DNA of 64,000 nucleotides from Candidatus Omnitrophota bacterium (GTDB taxonomy: Bacteria; Omnitrophota; Gorgyraeia; Gorgyraeales; Gorgyraeaceae), in assembly GCA_026387235.1 (NCBI GenBank), contig JAPLMD010000069.1:26920-90919 (forward strand), written 5' to 3'. This document shows positions 30,201 through 38,240 of this stretch, piece by piece; position 1 is the first letter of the stretch; every line of letters begins with the position of its first letter. The position numbers were made by a program, and so were the translations under genes. The notes beneath the pieces are model-generated. The model searched no databases. It was not told the origin of the DNA and saw only the letters and a program-made list of their open reading frames with translations.

Positions 30201-33200
30201 GGGGTCAGGAAAGGCTGGTAAGAATAGATGTATCTAAACAAGAGAGAATCACTCCGCAAGGCAGGTTTGCAGATATTTTGCGAGACGCAATCTCGTATTA
30301 TGAAAGACGGGGCGCATCTGATGAAGTAGCTGATTTGCAACAGACTGAATTTTACCTAGTTAGGCCGCAAGAGGATGATCCTAATCGCACTCTTCCAGGA
30401 TTTATTTGGTACGATTCAGATGGACATTACCTTATTGCCAAAGCAATGGAACCTAGACAAGCTTATTTTGGTTATGAGGCTATAGATATCTTAAGAGAAA
30501 AAAATCCAAGGATAGATTTTATTGCCAACATGCTTCTCCAGGTAGCACGATATGCTAAAGATCCTTATGGTAAGTGGGACCCATCTATACTTAACCATAT
30601 TTTGGCAGAGTCAGGAAACTATTTATTGGAAGATGCTCGTTTAATTAAAGAAGTGAGATTTATAATTAACCGCCTTTTTAAAGAAGAAACCTCGCCTGAA
30701 GAGAATGACCGGCTTCAGGGGCTCCTTATAGATATAAAACAACGCAAACCAGTTTTGTTCTATGTAGGGTTAGCTAATTTAGGAAGAACATACCTTCAGG
30801 GGATTTCCCCTAATAGATATCCCTGCGTCACTGCTGCAAATTTGTGTCTTGCCAGGAATTATGCTTTTATGGACCAGCATTTACAAAAGGATGCTTATGT
30901 CTCAGAAATAGACAGGACTATCACGGTTTTTAGAGATGTTTTTAATCCTACCTTAACTAGAGCGATTCCCTGGATGCTTCAGGTGTTAAAGGAGCAGCAG
31001 AATCCAGCTAATCCCAATTTAGTTAAGGGAGAAATACTTATAAAGAAAGGCGATAACTTTTTAGATCTTACTTGCGGGACAGGCATTTTTGGTTTGTTTG
31101 CAGCTTTAAACGGTGCAGAGAGTGTTTTAAGCAGCGATATTAATCCAAGTGCTGTGGCTTGCGCGAACTTTAATGCAAAAAAATTAGGAGTAGCTAAGAA
31201 AATGCAGGCAATACAAAGCGACCTTTTTAATGGTATTCCTAAAGATAGAAAATTTAACATTATCAGTTTTACCCCGCCATTCTTAGATGAGCCGCAATCT
31301 CCAGGCGTGTGGTTAGAAAAAGCTGTATATGACCCTGGATTCAGCCTTTTAACCCGTTTTTTAAATAGGGTTGGTAATTATCTAACTGATGATGGAAAGA
31401 TATTGTTTATAGGCACAGATAAGAGTCAGGGCCCAGAAGGGAAAAACAGCACAGGCCTCATGTTAGATTTAGCAAGACGGAAAGGATTTATCAGTACTAT
31501 TATACGTTCTCAAGAGTTTCATGGAGAAACCTACTCAGTTTATGAACTGACCAGAAGATCTGCTTTAGTGTCCGATAGCGAGATAGATAATCTTGTGGCA
31601 ACATCCCTAAGCTCTGACAAGGAATCAGCTAATTTTGCCATTAGAGAGTTAATTGAACAGGCTCGTTCTGCCTTTGATAGCAATCCTGAATTTTATCAAA
31701 GGCTATTCTTGCATCTCGTCCAGATTTATATTGAAGAATCCTATAACGGTTATGTATCGGAAAGGGTGATAGCTAAACGTAATGCAGGGGAGAGACCAGA
31801 CTTTTATGAAGAACAAAAGGCAGCAACCTATAATGCATCGGCAGCGCGAACAATAAACTGGTTTATTAAAGACTATTGTAGAGATGTTTTGAAATTAGAT
31901 CCTGAAGGCCAAATTGTTGAAGACTATTTTAGTTGCCTTCATATGTTGCCTATTATGAATAGAGATATGAAGAGAAGATTTAGCGAGCGTGATGGCATAG
32001 AGATAGATTCTACTATGATTGTTAATGGAAACCCAGAAGAAGTGCAGATGACCAAGGACTTTTATCGCGCGAGGTTGGGGCGTATATATGATTCTTTGAA
32101 AGTGATTGGCATAAGGGACGATCTATGGCTTGGCAATATAGTAGGTATGATGCCTTTATTTGAGGACTATTTGGCCCAGCCATCAAGAGACCAGGAAGCC
32201 AAGGGTAATAAAAAGGTTATATTGCATGTCTTGGCAGTTAATGGCGGCGCAGGAGCCAGAAATATTCTTCTTACAGCATCTTCTGATGGAAAAGGTGAAA
32301 TCATTCTTGACAATGGCCGCACAATGATGGAACAGGGCATTGAACAGGTAAAAGGCATGGTTCAGGGGTTAGTAGAAAGAAACATATATGGCGAATTTTT
32401 TATTGTTATTCCCTGCGATAACATGATACTCCCAGCCATGTATACAGCTGATGCTTACAGATCAGATAGAGGGTTTTATCTCTATGCAAGGAAGACTGAG
32501 GTTTTAAGGGCATCATTGAATGAACTTAAACATTGGGGGCCGCCGTTTGGCCAGATGTTTGCAAAAAGGGAAACGGGTATCGTCAAAGGTTTTGAAGAAA
32601 AACCAAACATATGGAAATTACTAAACAGAGTCATGATCAATGCTATTGAAGAAAGCAATGAAGAAACTTGCGGAAAAAGCATTTCGGAATTTTTATACAA
32701 CTTAGATACCAGAAGGAACAGGTATTTAGATGACTTGAAACAAAAATCCGGGGATTACGCCTTATACCTTATCGCCCTTCCTATGATTGTTCAGGAGGAG
32801 GTATGGAATTATGTCTATGAAAACGGCGAGGTGGAACCTGAAATCAGGAAGATTATCCCTACTTTTGATGAGTGGAAAAGGTTATATAGCGAAGCTAATA
32901 AACATAAGTCTCGAGTAGAAGGATTGATAAACAAAGTTTTAGATGAAGGAGGCACTGTTTCTTTTACAAATACTTTCTATTTTCTTTTATCCAGGCCTGT
33001 AGCAGAAAAGATTTATACTCTATTTTCACAGCCTACTGAAAGAGAGGACAGCGGTTCTTTCTGGGCAAGAAAGCTTCCCAAAGGCCAGACTCCAAAAATG
33101 GTAGCCGCACTTGACTGGGCAGGCTTAATCCTTACACCCATGACTGTAACCCAGGAAACATGGATGGAAGACTATGAAAAAAGAGGCGCTATGTATTTGG

Positions 33201-36166
33201 CAGAGCAGCAGGTGACTGATTTTATAAGTCAGGCTAGCTCCTTAAAAGAAGCCTATTGTCAAAAATTTAGTATAGCTTCCGAAGCTTATGAAGGCCAAGT
33301 AAATGCTTATCAAGAAAAGGCTGCTAAGGAAGGCATAGTTGAGACAGCTTTTCCTGTTCAGGATACTTATCAGAAAACTTTGAAAGCCTTTTTAGAGAAG
33401 GCACTTAAAAAAGATTTAATCAATGCTTTTGCCGCAGATATTAGATCAGCAATGATACAGGATAGTACTGTGCGAGCCAATGTTCTGGAAAGCGCTGAGA
33501 AAGTCACAACATATACTCACTATGACTGGAATAGAATCTGGGAAATGGCTCTGGACATTGACCTGGCAGCCGGCGGTTTAACATGTGTTAACTTTGGCCC
33601 GATCTGGTCTGATGTTGGTACAATTAAAGAAGCCAAGAGGCTGGCAGATTACGAGGTTTCAAAGGATAATCTTTTAGAGAGGGCTTTATATAGAGGTCTG
33701 TTTGAGCTGCCTATTACCCATGATAAAATATACAATGTTGATTCTAATAAGGGTAAGATTGTATATTCTAGCCCAAACGAATTCTTGCGTTATCGCAGTG
33801 TTATTGATGTTCCAGAAGGCGTAACTTTAATAATAGGAAATAGAGTAAGGATTGCTAATAGTTTTATTCAAATAATAGCCAAAAAAGGGGAAACAGTAAT
33901 AATACCTGATGATACTGCAATAGTAGCTAGTTATTTGCGCTGTTCAATAGGAAAGGAAGGCAAGCCAGGGTCATTTGTGTATAGACACGAGCAGAGAAGA
34001 GGTACTTTAGAATTTTCAGGAGATTTCATTACAACGATCCGGACCATTGAAGGGCCAGTGAGAGGAACCCATCCCATAGATGCAACTACTATTGCATGGA
34101 ACGACGTTCCAGTGGCAGGAACTTATACTCCCAGGATGTTGACTAGGCCATTTCCGGGTATGCCTGGACCCTTGCGAGACAAGCCTAAAGTTACTTCTGT
34201 TGTTGTTAGGGAAAAAACATATAGTTTTTATAGAAGTCGTCTCGATCGCATTATAACTACGATTTGGGAGAGAGCACAGTCACAAGAGGTCAGATTTATC
34301 CCTGAAAAGGCCATTGGAAAAATTATAGACATGGTTCAGAATGATAGAGCAAAAAGTGAAGGCAGAGGCTATATTTCAAGTTTCCTTTTTATAGGAGGCA
34401 ATGTCGGAGGTTTAGAGCCTCAAGTTTATACTCAGACATTAGAGAGATTAAGTAAGCATTATTTATATTATACTACTCCAGAAAGAAGGATTGGAGAAGA
34501 AGGGGTTTTCGGAAGGCGAGGCATGTCAGGTTTACAACATTCGTTAAGATCAATGCAACTGAATGATAAATATACTACTGAATTTCTGAATAGAGCCAAA
34601 GACCTGATTAAAGAAAGAAACATGAGAGGGCTTAAAGCATGGATAGAAGAAGCTAAACAGATAGATCCAGAAGAAGCAGGGATTAAGACTTTACGTTGTG
34701 CATTGGACTATTTAAGTAAAGAAGGGAGCCAGGTTGTACTTTACAGGATAGTTAGCAGGGCAGAAATAATAAAAGAGTATATTAGAGGCGAACATGGCGA
34801 AGAATTGGATATAGCTGACGCAGAACGAAAAGCCCGTGATTTATTAAGTGGGAAAGATCCTTATAAAGTTGATGAGCAGGATTTCTTAAGATTAATAGTA
34901 AGAGGGGAGACAGATCCAAATGACGCACATTCAGGCAGCCTGTCACATGACTTGCTTAGACACTATGAAGAAGGAGGTATTTTAAAAGGAGCTCTTGTAG
35001 AGAACGTTGCTAAATATAATATACCCAAAAAGGCCTTAATTAGTATTATGTGCGTCTTTCGCTGCCCTAGCAGGTCGGAGCTATTCTCTGATTTAGCTCA
35101 GCTGCCTCAAGAAGATATAGGCCTTTTAGAAAGTAAACTTGAGGATGCGATGTTTACGCATGACGAGATGTTATCAAGAAAGGTGAAAGAACTCCTTCAT
35201 AAGCATGGTAAGCCAATTACTGTAACCATAGATGGCTTAGCCATGACAGGCAAGAGCACGATGAGTAAAGATATAAGCAATGTCTTAGGATTTACACGTA
35301 TACCTGGAGGAGAGATAAGCAGGCTGATAACAGCTGGCCTGCTTGGAACAGGTATAAACCGTAATACTATAGAATCTACAGAGCCTGATACGATAGTTGC
35401 TGCAGTGCAGCAAACCTTGGAGGACGTGAAATATAAATTAATAGGCGGCGCTGTAACATTGTGCTATAAAGACACAGATTTGCTTAATAATCAAGATCTT
35501 TTAAGTCAACTCCGCAGCCAAGATATCAATGACAATATATCTTCACTTGTTATGAACAGTAACATTGTCAGAAATCTGCTTATAATGCATATCATGGAAT
35601 TGATAAAACAAGTCCATGATCTTGGTTTCAGCGTGGTGATAGATGGAAGATTAGCTGGAACTGAAATAGAACGGCAAGCAGATGTAAAGATTTGTTTGGA
35701 CACAAGCTATGAAGCCATGGCCAGAGCAGATGCCCGTAGAATTATTGACCAAAAAGGTAGTATGACTGCTTACATAGAGAGAACCGGCAATACTATGGCA
35801 GAGTATAGGCAAATTATAAGAAGTGGAGGGTTGCCAGGTGTGGAAAGAGCGATAATGCAGACTTATTATCAGCCAGCAGAAGAAAGAGATGCGAGTGATG
35901 TTTTAGATGTGGCTGAGTATCTATCCAGCAGAGAACAAGATGATGAGATTACTGTTATTTCATCAAGGGGCGTAGAAGATAGATTATCTATTAAGGATGT
36001 AAGAGAAACGATATTTGCAGAGATTATTAAAAAAATTAGCAATGCAGAAGATGCTGTAACTGTACTGAATTTAAGAGAGGGAACCCAGCCAGGAGTACCT
36101 TCAGATGCTGGTGTGTATCTCGAAACAGCTGTTCAAGGACTTAGAACCACAGGTCAAGGCCTATAA
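27296..36166 (+). CDS. Giant secreted multidomain protein (2956 aa). Signal peptide, paralogous N-domain, class-I SAM amino-methyltransferase domain, possible NTP-transferase-like stretch, shared C-module, cytidylate-kinase-like P-loop domain.
   Basis: Sec-type signal peptide MSVKPLSRAISITVLITFLFTNIPYASSA|P. N-domain (~27383-29020) ~80-85% identical to the gene 3 N-domain. MTase motif I DLTCGTG (31063-31083) and motif IV FTPPF (31268-31282). LAVNGGAGARN…FIVIPCDNM (32215-32430) weakly nucleotidyltransferase-like. Cmk-like ITVTIDGLAMTGKST (P-loop) and VVIDGRLAGTE…KICLDTSYEAMARADARR (35213-35745). Confidence 0.85.
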   Translation: MSVKPLSRAISITVLITFLFTNIPYASSAPNSLFKNKKIDYQKLSDQNQDIVQKKKDILSGEDSKQTQSQQKQAQKILSSHLSDISQIHIPSEIGRIVEVHQGTGAPEHQDKLIVHIQDLHTNPEAEYNLAKILEVLLNDYKMGLVCSEGADGVVDTSSVSTFPDSQVREKISKIFVNAGELTGEEYLSITKYPDLPIWGIESKDIYFRNIIDFNKIMKFNPGSQIFISQAKKALEELKARIYTKELIELDQKEADYKAQKIESPEYVKYLLDSAASQPRSKNILSNYKNIGLLTETIDAEKKIDQLKIMNESQKLLLNLQSSLNAKSLNSDMDSLMAKSSLFKDQKISPFSFYSYLKDLANKHLKDEFGAKYPNLNGFVDYLTKLNSLDSTKLFIELEDLNFEIKQALSRTDEQKTLIKALRNISFLEGFFNLKVSNEELDYYLNNKDFHKVAFFESFLKPAIKKYNISTFIDYNPDLIDSHLTELEDFYKVVKDRDIAMVNNSISEIEKRNSKVSALIAGGFHTKGITKLLKEKGYSYIVISPYSKTGINEENYHYLLSGQRKPLMELAEKLNAAALRVILGFVKDPTFETELKKTLAAAGIIDNQLYSGAKPRMLSLFALGAAKTLYLRDKANFDLSALPAYFTSSFYTELNKLGLDVEIRESKSGIHVKCGDNYFGINKEDGGIIKSNASIFTSVSDKNRVMLAKISEEETLKIPGPRISEGITQAVAEKWKARADMVPDSQIKVMRIKDLEIETVLITADSGDMPEGILAWRLRDSKNRLVIITEREVKLGDSFSEELLFHEQFEENLKQELNYITDRDPERLRHTRHAIASAVESILFSEGGTRLTPFHEYAIGHRMSLLHLKRLVDEYQELGFYYNMIADFFTRKGIEYQDKGITIEALQAYERKFIARIKEEIRHRTTESRARAGARRKGKAAEVPKMYLVGKVVVPQDDARTQQVIEQARGQERLVRIDVSKQERITPQGRFADILRDAISYYERRGASDEVADLQQTEFYLVRPQEDDPNRTLPGFIWYDSDGHYLIAKAMEPRQAYFGYEAIDILREKNPRIDFIANMLLQVARYAKDPYGKWDPSILNHILAESGNYLLEDARLIKEVRFIINRLFKEETSPEENDRLQGLLIDIKQRKPVLFYVGLANLGRTYLQGISPNRYPCVTAANLCLARNYAFMDQHLQKDAYVSEIDRTITVFRDVFNPTLTRAIPWMLQVLKEQQNPANPNLVKGEILIKKGDNFLDLTCGTGIFGLFAALNGAESVLSSDINPSAVACANFNAKKLGVAKKMQAIQSDLFNGIPKDRKFNIISFTPPFLDEPQSPGVWLEKAVYDPGFSLLTRFLNRVGNYLTDDGKILFIGTDKSQGPEGKNSTGLMLDLARRKGFISTIIRSQEFHGETYSVYELTRRSALVSDSEIDNLVATSLSSDKESANFAIRELIEQARSAFDSNPEFYQRLFLHLVQIYIEESYNGYVSERVIAKRNAGERPDFYEEQKAATYNASAARTINWFIKDYCRDVLKLDPEGQIVEDYFSCLHMLPIMNRDMKRRFSERDGIEIDSTMIVNGNPEEVQMTKDFYRARLGRIYDSLKVIGIRDDLWLGNIVGMMPLFEDYLAQPSRDQEAKGNKKVILHVLAVNGGAGARNILLTASSDGKGEIILDNGRTMMEQGIEQVKGMVQGLVERNIYGEFFIVIPCDNMILPAMYTADAYRSDRGFYLYARKTEVLRASLNELKHWGPPFGQMFAKRETGIVKGFEEKPNIWKLLNRVMINAIEESNEETCGKSISEFLYNLDTRRNRYLDDLKQKSGDYALYLIALPMIVQEEVWNYVYENGEVEPEIRKIIPTFDEWKRLYSEANKHKSRVEGLINKVLDEGGTVSFTNTFYFLLSRPVAEKIYTLFSQPTEREDSGSFWARKLPKGQTPKMVAALDWAGLILTPMTVTQETWMEDYEKRGAMYLAEQQVTDFISQASSLKEAYCQKFSIASEAYEGQVNAYQEKAAKEGIVETAFPVQDTYQKTLKAFLEKALKKDLINAFAADIRSAMIQDSTVRANVLESAEKVTTYTHYDWNRIWEMALDIDLAAGGLTCVNFGPIWSDVGTIKEAKRLADYEVSKDNLLERALYRGLFELPITHDKIYNVDSNKGKIVYSSPNEFLRYRSVIDVPEGVTLIIGNRVRIANSFIQIIAKKGETVIIPDDTAIVASYLRCSIGKEGKPGSFVYRHEQRRGTLEFSGDFITTIRTIEGPVRGTHPIDATTIAWNDVPVAGTYTPRMLTRPFPGMPGPLRDKPKVTSVVVREKTYSFYRSRLDRIITTIWERAQSQEVRFIPEKAIGKIIDMVQNDRAKSEGRGYISSFLFIGGNVGGLEPQVYTQTLERLSKHYLYYTTPERRIGEEGVFGRRGMSGLQHSLRSMQLNDKYTTEFLNRAKDLIKERNMRGLKAWIEEAKQIDPEEAGIKTLRCALDYLSKEGSQVVLYRIVSRAEIIKEYIRGEHGEELDIADAERKARDLLSGKDPYKVDEQDFLRLIVRGETDPNDAHSGSLSHDLLRHYEEGGILKGALVENVAKYNIPKKALISIMCVFRCPSRSELFSDLAQLPQEDIGLLESKLEDAMFTHDEMLSRKVKELLHKHGKPITVTIDGLAMTGKSTMSKDISNVLGFTRIPGGEISRLITAGLLGTGINRNTIESTEPDTIVAAVQQTLEDVKYKLIGGAVTLCYKDTDLLNNQDLLSQLRSQDINDNISSLVMNSNIVRNLLIMHIMELIKQVHDLGFSVVIDGRLAGTEIERQADVKICLDTSYEAMARADARRIIDQKGSMTAYIERTGNTMAEYRQIIRSGGLPGVERAIMQTYYQPAEERDASDVLDVAEYLSSREQDDEITVISSRGVEDRLSIKDVRETIFAEIIKKISNAEDAVTVLNLREGTQPGVPSDAGVYLETAVQGLRTTGQGL

Positions 36167-36169
36167 GGA

Positions 36170-36341
36170 ATAATCTGGCCTCTGGTTATAGCGCTTTTTC
36201 AGGTTTTAATTATGCCTAAGTGATAGGGGATAAAGGCCTTAAAAGAGGCGTAGTCGAGATAAAGATAAGAGAAACCGGAGAAATCCTGGAATCCAAAAAA
36301 GAAGAAATAAAAGGCAAAATCCTATCATTATTAGCTACGTA
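36170..36341 (+). pseudogene. Degraded duplicate of the proS 3' end (two fragments with an internal deletion)
   Basis: Translates to IWPLVIALFQVLIMPK* … VVEIKIRETGEILESKKEEIKGKILSLLAT*. This parallels the proS C-terminus IWPLAIAPFQVIIIPL … VFELKIREANKIIEIKKEEIKHKILSLIAL*. Roughly 70% nt identity over both fragments. Confidence 0.75.
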
Positions 36342-36396
36342 GTACACAATAAAAATATAGAATTTTTGTTTGACAGAAAAGCGGAAGAGGGGAGCC

Positions 36397-38130
36397 ATGT
36401 TTTTTAAATCATTTAAGAAAATCACTCCAATTATTGCCCTGGGCATATTTATAGCTGTTAATACTATACATGCGGCGTCTGATTCCAAATCCATATTCAA
36501 AAATAAAAAAATTGACTACCAAAAACTGAGCACTGAAGAAGAAGAAGCCCTTCGAAGAAAAAAAGCTATGCGCAGCGAAGAGGCTGTCAATAAACCTAAA
36601 GTCCAGAAAAAGGAAACCCAGAAGATAGTTTTTTCGCGTCTTTCTGATATATCGTTCATCCACATCCCCCAGGAAACAGGGAAAATAGCGGAAATATACC
36701 AGAGCCCTAACCAGGATAATTCCAGGCTCGTAGTGCATATTCAGGACTTACATACTAATCCGGAAGCAACGCTTAACCTGGCCAGGATACTGGAAATATT
36801 GTTTAAAGACTATAATCTGGGGTTAGTGTGTTCAGAAGGGGCAGAGGGCCCGGTTGATACTTCCAGCGTTGCCAGTTTTCCTGACCCAGAAGTCAGGGAA
36901 AAAGTAGCCAAGCTTTTTGTTGATTCAGGAGAGCTCACAGGAGAGGAGTATTTATCCATAACAAAATATCCGGATCTACCCATATGGGGCATTGAAAATA
37001 AAGATATCTATTTTAAAAATATCGAGGAATTTAACAGCATAATGAAGTTTAATCATGATTCCCAGGCTTTTATCTCCCAGACTAAAAAGGCGTTAGAAGA
37101 ATTAAAACCAAAAATTTATTCGAAAGAGATGCTGGAGATAGACCAGAAAGAAGACGATTACGAACAGCAGACAATAGAAACAACCGATTACTTAAAGTAC
37201 CTGTCTTTATATCTTCGGAAACTGAACATCCCGGCAGACAGCTATAAAAATATAACGCTATTAAATGAGACTATAATACAGGAATCCAGGATTGACCAGC
37301 AAAAGGTCAAGCAGGAATCCCAGGACATGCTTTTGAATTTACAGTCAGCTATTGCCAAGAAGCCCAATAGCACGGATATGGATAGTTTAATGGCTAAGGC
37401 CACCCTGTTTAAGGACCAGAAAATATCGCCTTTTTCATTCTATAATTATCTAAAAGAGCTGGCAGGTAAAGAGTTAGGGGGCCAGTTGTCAAAATATCCA
37501 AATGTAATGGGCTTTGTGGATTATCTTGCAAAAGTCAATTCGCTTGATTCCGCAAAACTTTTTACGGAGATAGAGAATCTGACCTACGAAATAAAACAAA
37601 AGCTCGCTGTAAATAATGAACAGAAAGAGCTTGTCCTTGCCCTGCGCAATATAAAATTTCTTGAGACCTTTTTTAATCTTGAAATTTCCAACGAGGACCT
37701 GGAGTATTATTTAAATAACAGGGATTTTCACAAAGTAGCGTTCTTTAAGGATGTTTTAGCGGGTTTGAGGGCCAAGGCAGGGCTTTCGACCCAGGCAGAT
37801 TATATAGATTTTAATCCTGATTTAATAGATTCTCACCTAGGGGAGATAGAAGATTTCTATGAAACCGCAAAATCCAGGGATCTGGCTATGTTTAATAACG
37901 CTGTCTCAGAAATAGAAAAGCGCAACGTAAGAGTGGCTGCTCTGGTAACAGGCGGATTTCATACAAAAGGCCTGACCAGGCTTTTAAAGGATAAAGGCTA
38001 TTCCTATATAGTTATATCTCCGTATGCAAAAACCGGCATAGACGAAGAGAATTATCGTTTTCTGTTATCAGGTAAGCGCAAGCCAATAGAAGAAATAATA
38101 AAACAATTTGAGGAAACTAAGCAAAAATAA
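36397..38130 (+). CDS. Secreted stand-alone copy of the ~560-aa N-domain (paralog of genes 1 and 3 N-termini)
   Basis: Signal peptide MFFKSFKKITPIIALGIFIAVNTIHAAS|D followed by the SIFKNKKIDYQKLS motif. Colinear with the gene 1 and gene 3 N-domains throughout (VHIQDLHTNPEA…CSEGAEG…GGFHTKG…LLSGKRKP). The ORF-track start at 36370 is a TTG that forms part of a TTGACA box; the ATG at 36397 is preferred. Confidence 0.8.
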   Translation: MFFKSFKKITPIIALGIFIAVNTIHAASDSKSIFKNKKIDYQKLSTEEEEALRRKKAMRSEEAVNKPKVQKKETQKIVFSRLSDISFIHIPQETGKIAEIYQSPNQDNSRLVVHIQDLHTNPEATLNLARILEILFKDYNLGLVCSEGAEGPVDTSSVASFPDPEVREKVAKLFVDSGELTGEEYLSITKYPDLPIWGIENKDIYFKNIEEFNSIMKFNHDSQAFISQTKKALEELKPKIYSKEMLEIDQKEDDYEQQTIETTDYLKYLSLYLRKLNIPADSYKNITLLNETIIQESRIDQQKVKQESQDMLLNLQSAIAKKPNSTDMDSLMAKATLFKDQKISPFSFYNYLKELAGKELGGQLSKYPNVMGFVDYLAKVNSLDSAKLFTEIENLTYEIKQKLAVNNEQKELVLALRNIKFLETFFNLEISNEDLEYYLNNRDFHKVAFFKDVLAGLRAKAGLSTQADYIDFNPDLIDSHLGEIEDFYETAKSRDLAMFNNAVSEIEKRNVRVAALVTGGFHTKGLTRLLKDKGYSYIVISPYAKTGIDEENYRFLLSGKRKPIEEIIKQFEETKQK

Positions 38131-38166
38131 AGGATAGGGGATGAAGGAAAACGCCCAATTTTTTAT

Positions 38167-38195
38167 TTGACAAGAAAACGGTTACATGGTATACT
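38167..38195 (+). promoter_or_regulatory. Duplicated sigma70-like promoter TTGACA-17-TATACT upstream of gene 3
   Basis: ttttttatttgacaagaaaacggttacatggtatacttttatatag is near-identical to tttttatttgacacgaaagcgtttacgtgttatactttatagtag upstream of gene 1. Confidence 0.6.
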
Positions 38196-38240
38196 TTTAT
38201 ATAGATTTTAAAAGTATTTATATAAAAAGGAGAATAAGAT

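Noticed and set aside
36216-36500. 94-aa minus-strand ORF between gene 1 and gene 2
   Set aside because: Covers the proS-remnant pseudogene and gene 2 promoter/start region on the opposite strand. Explained by the duplicated + strand sequence.
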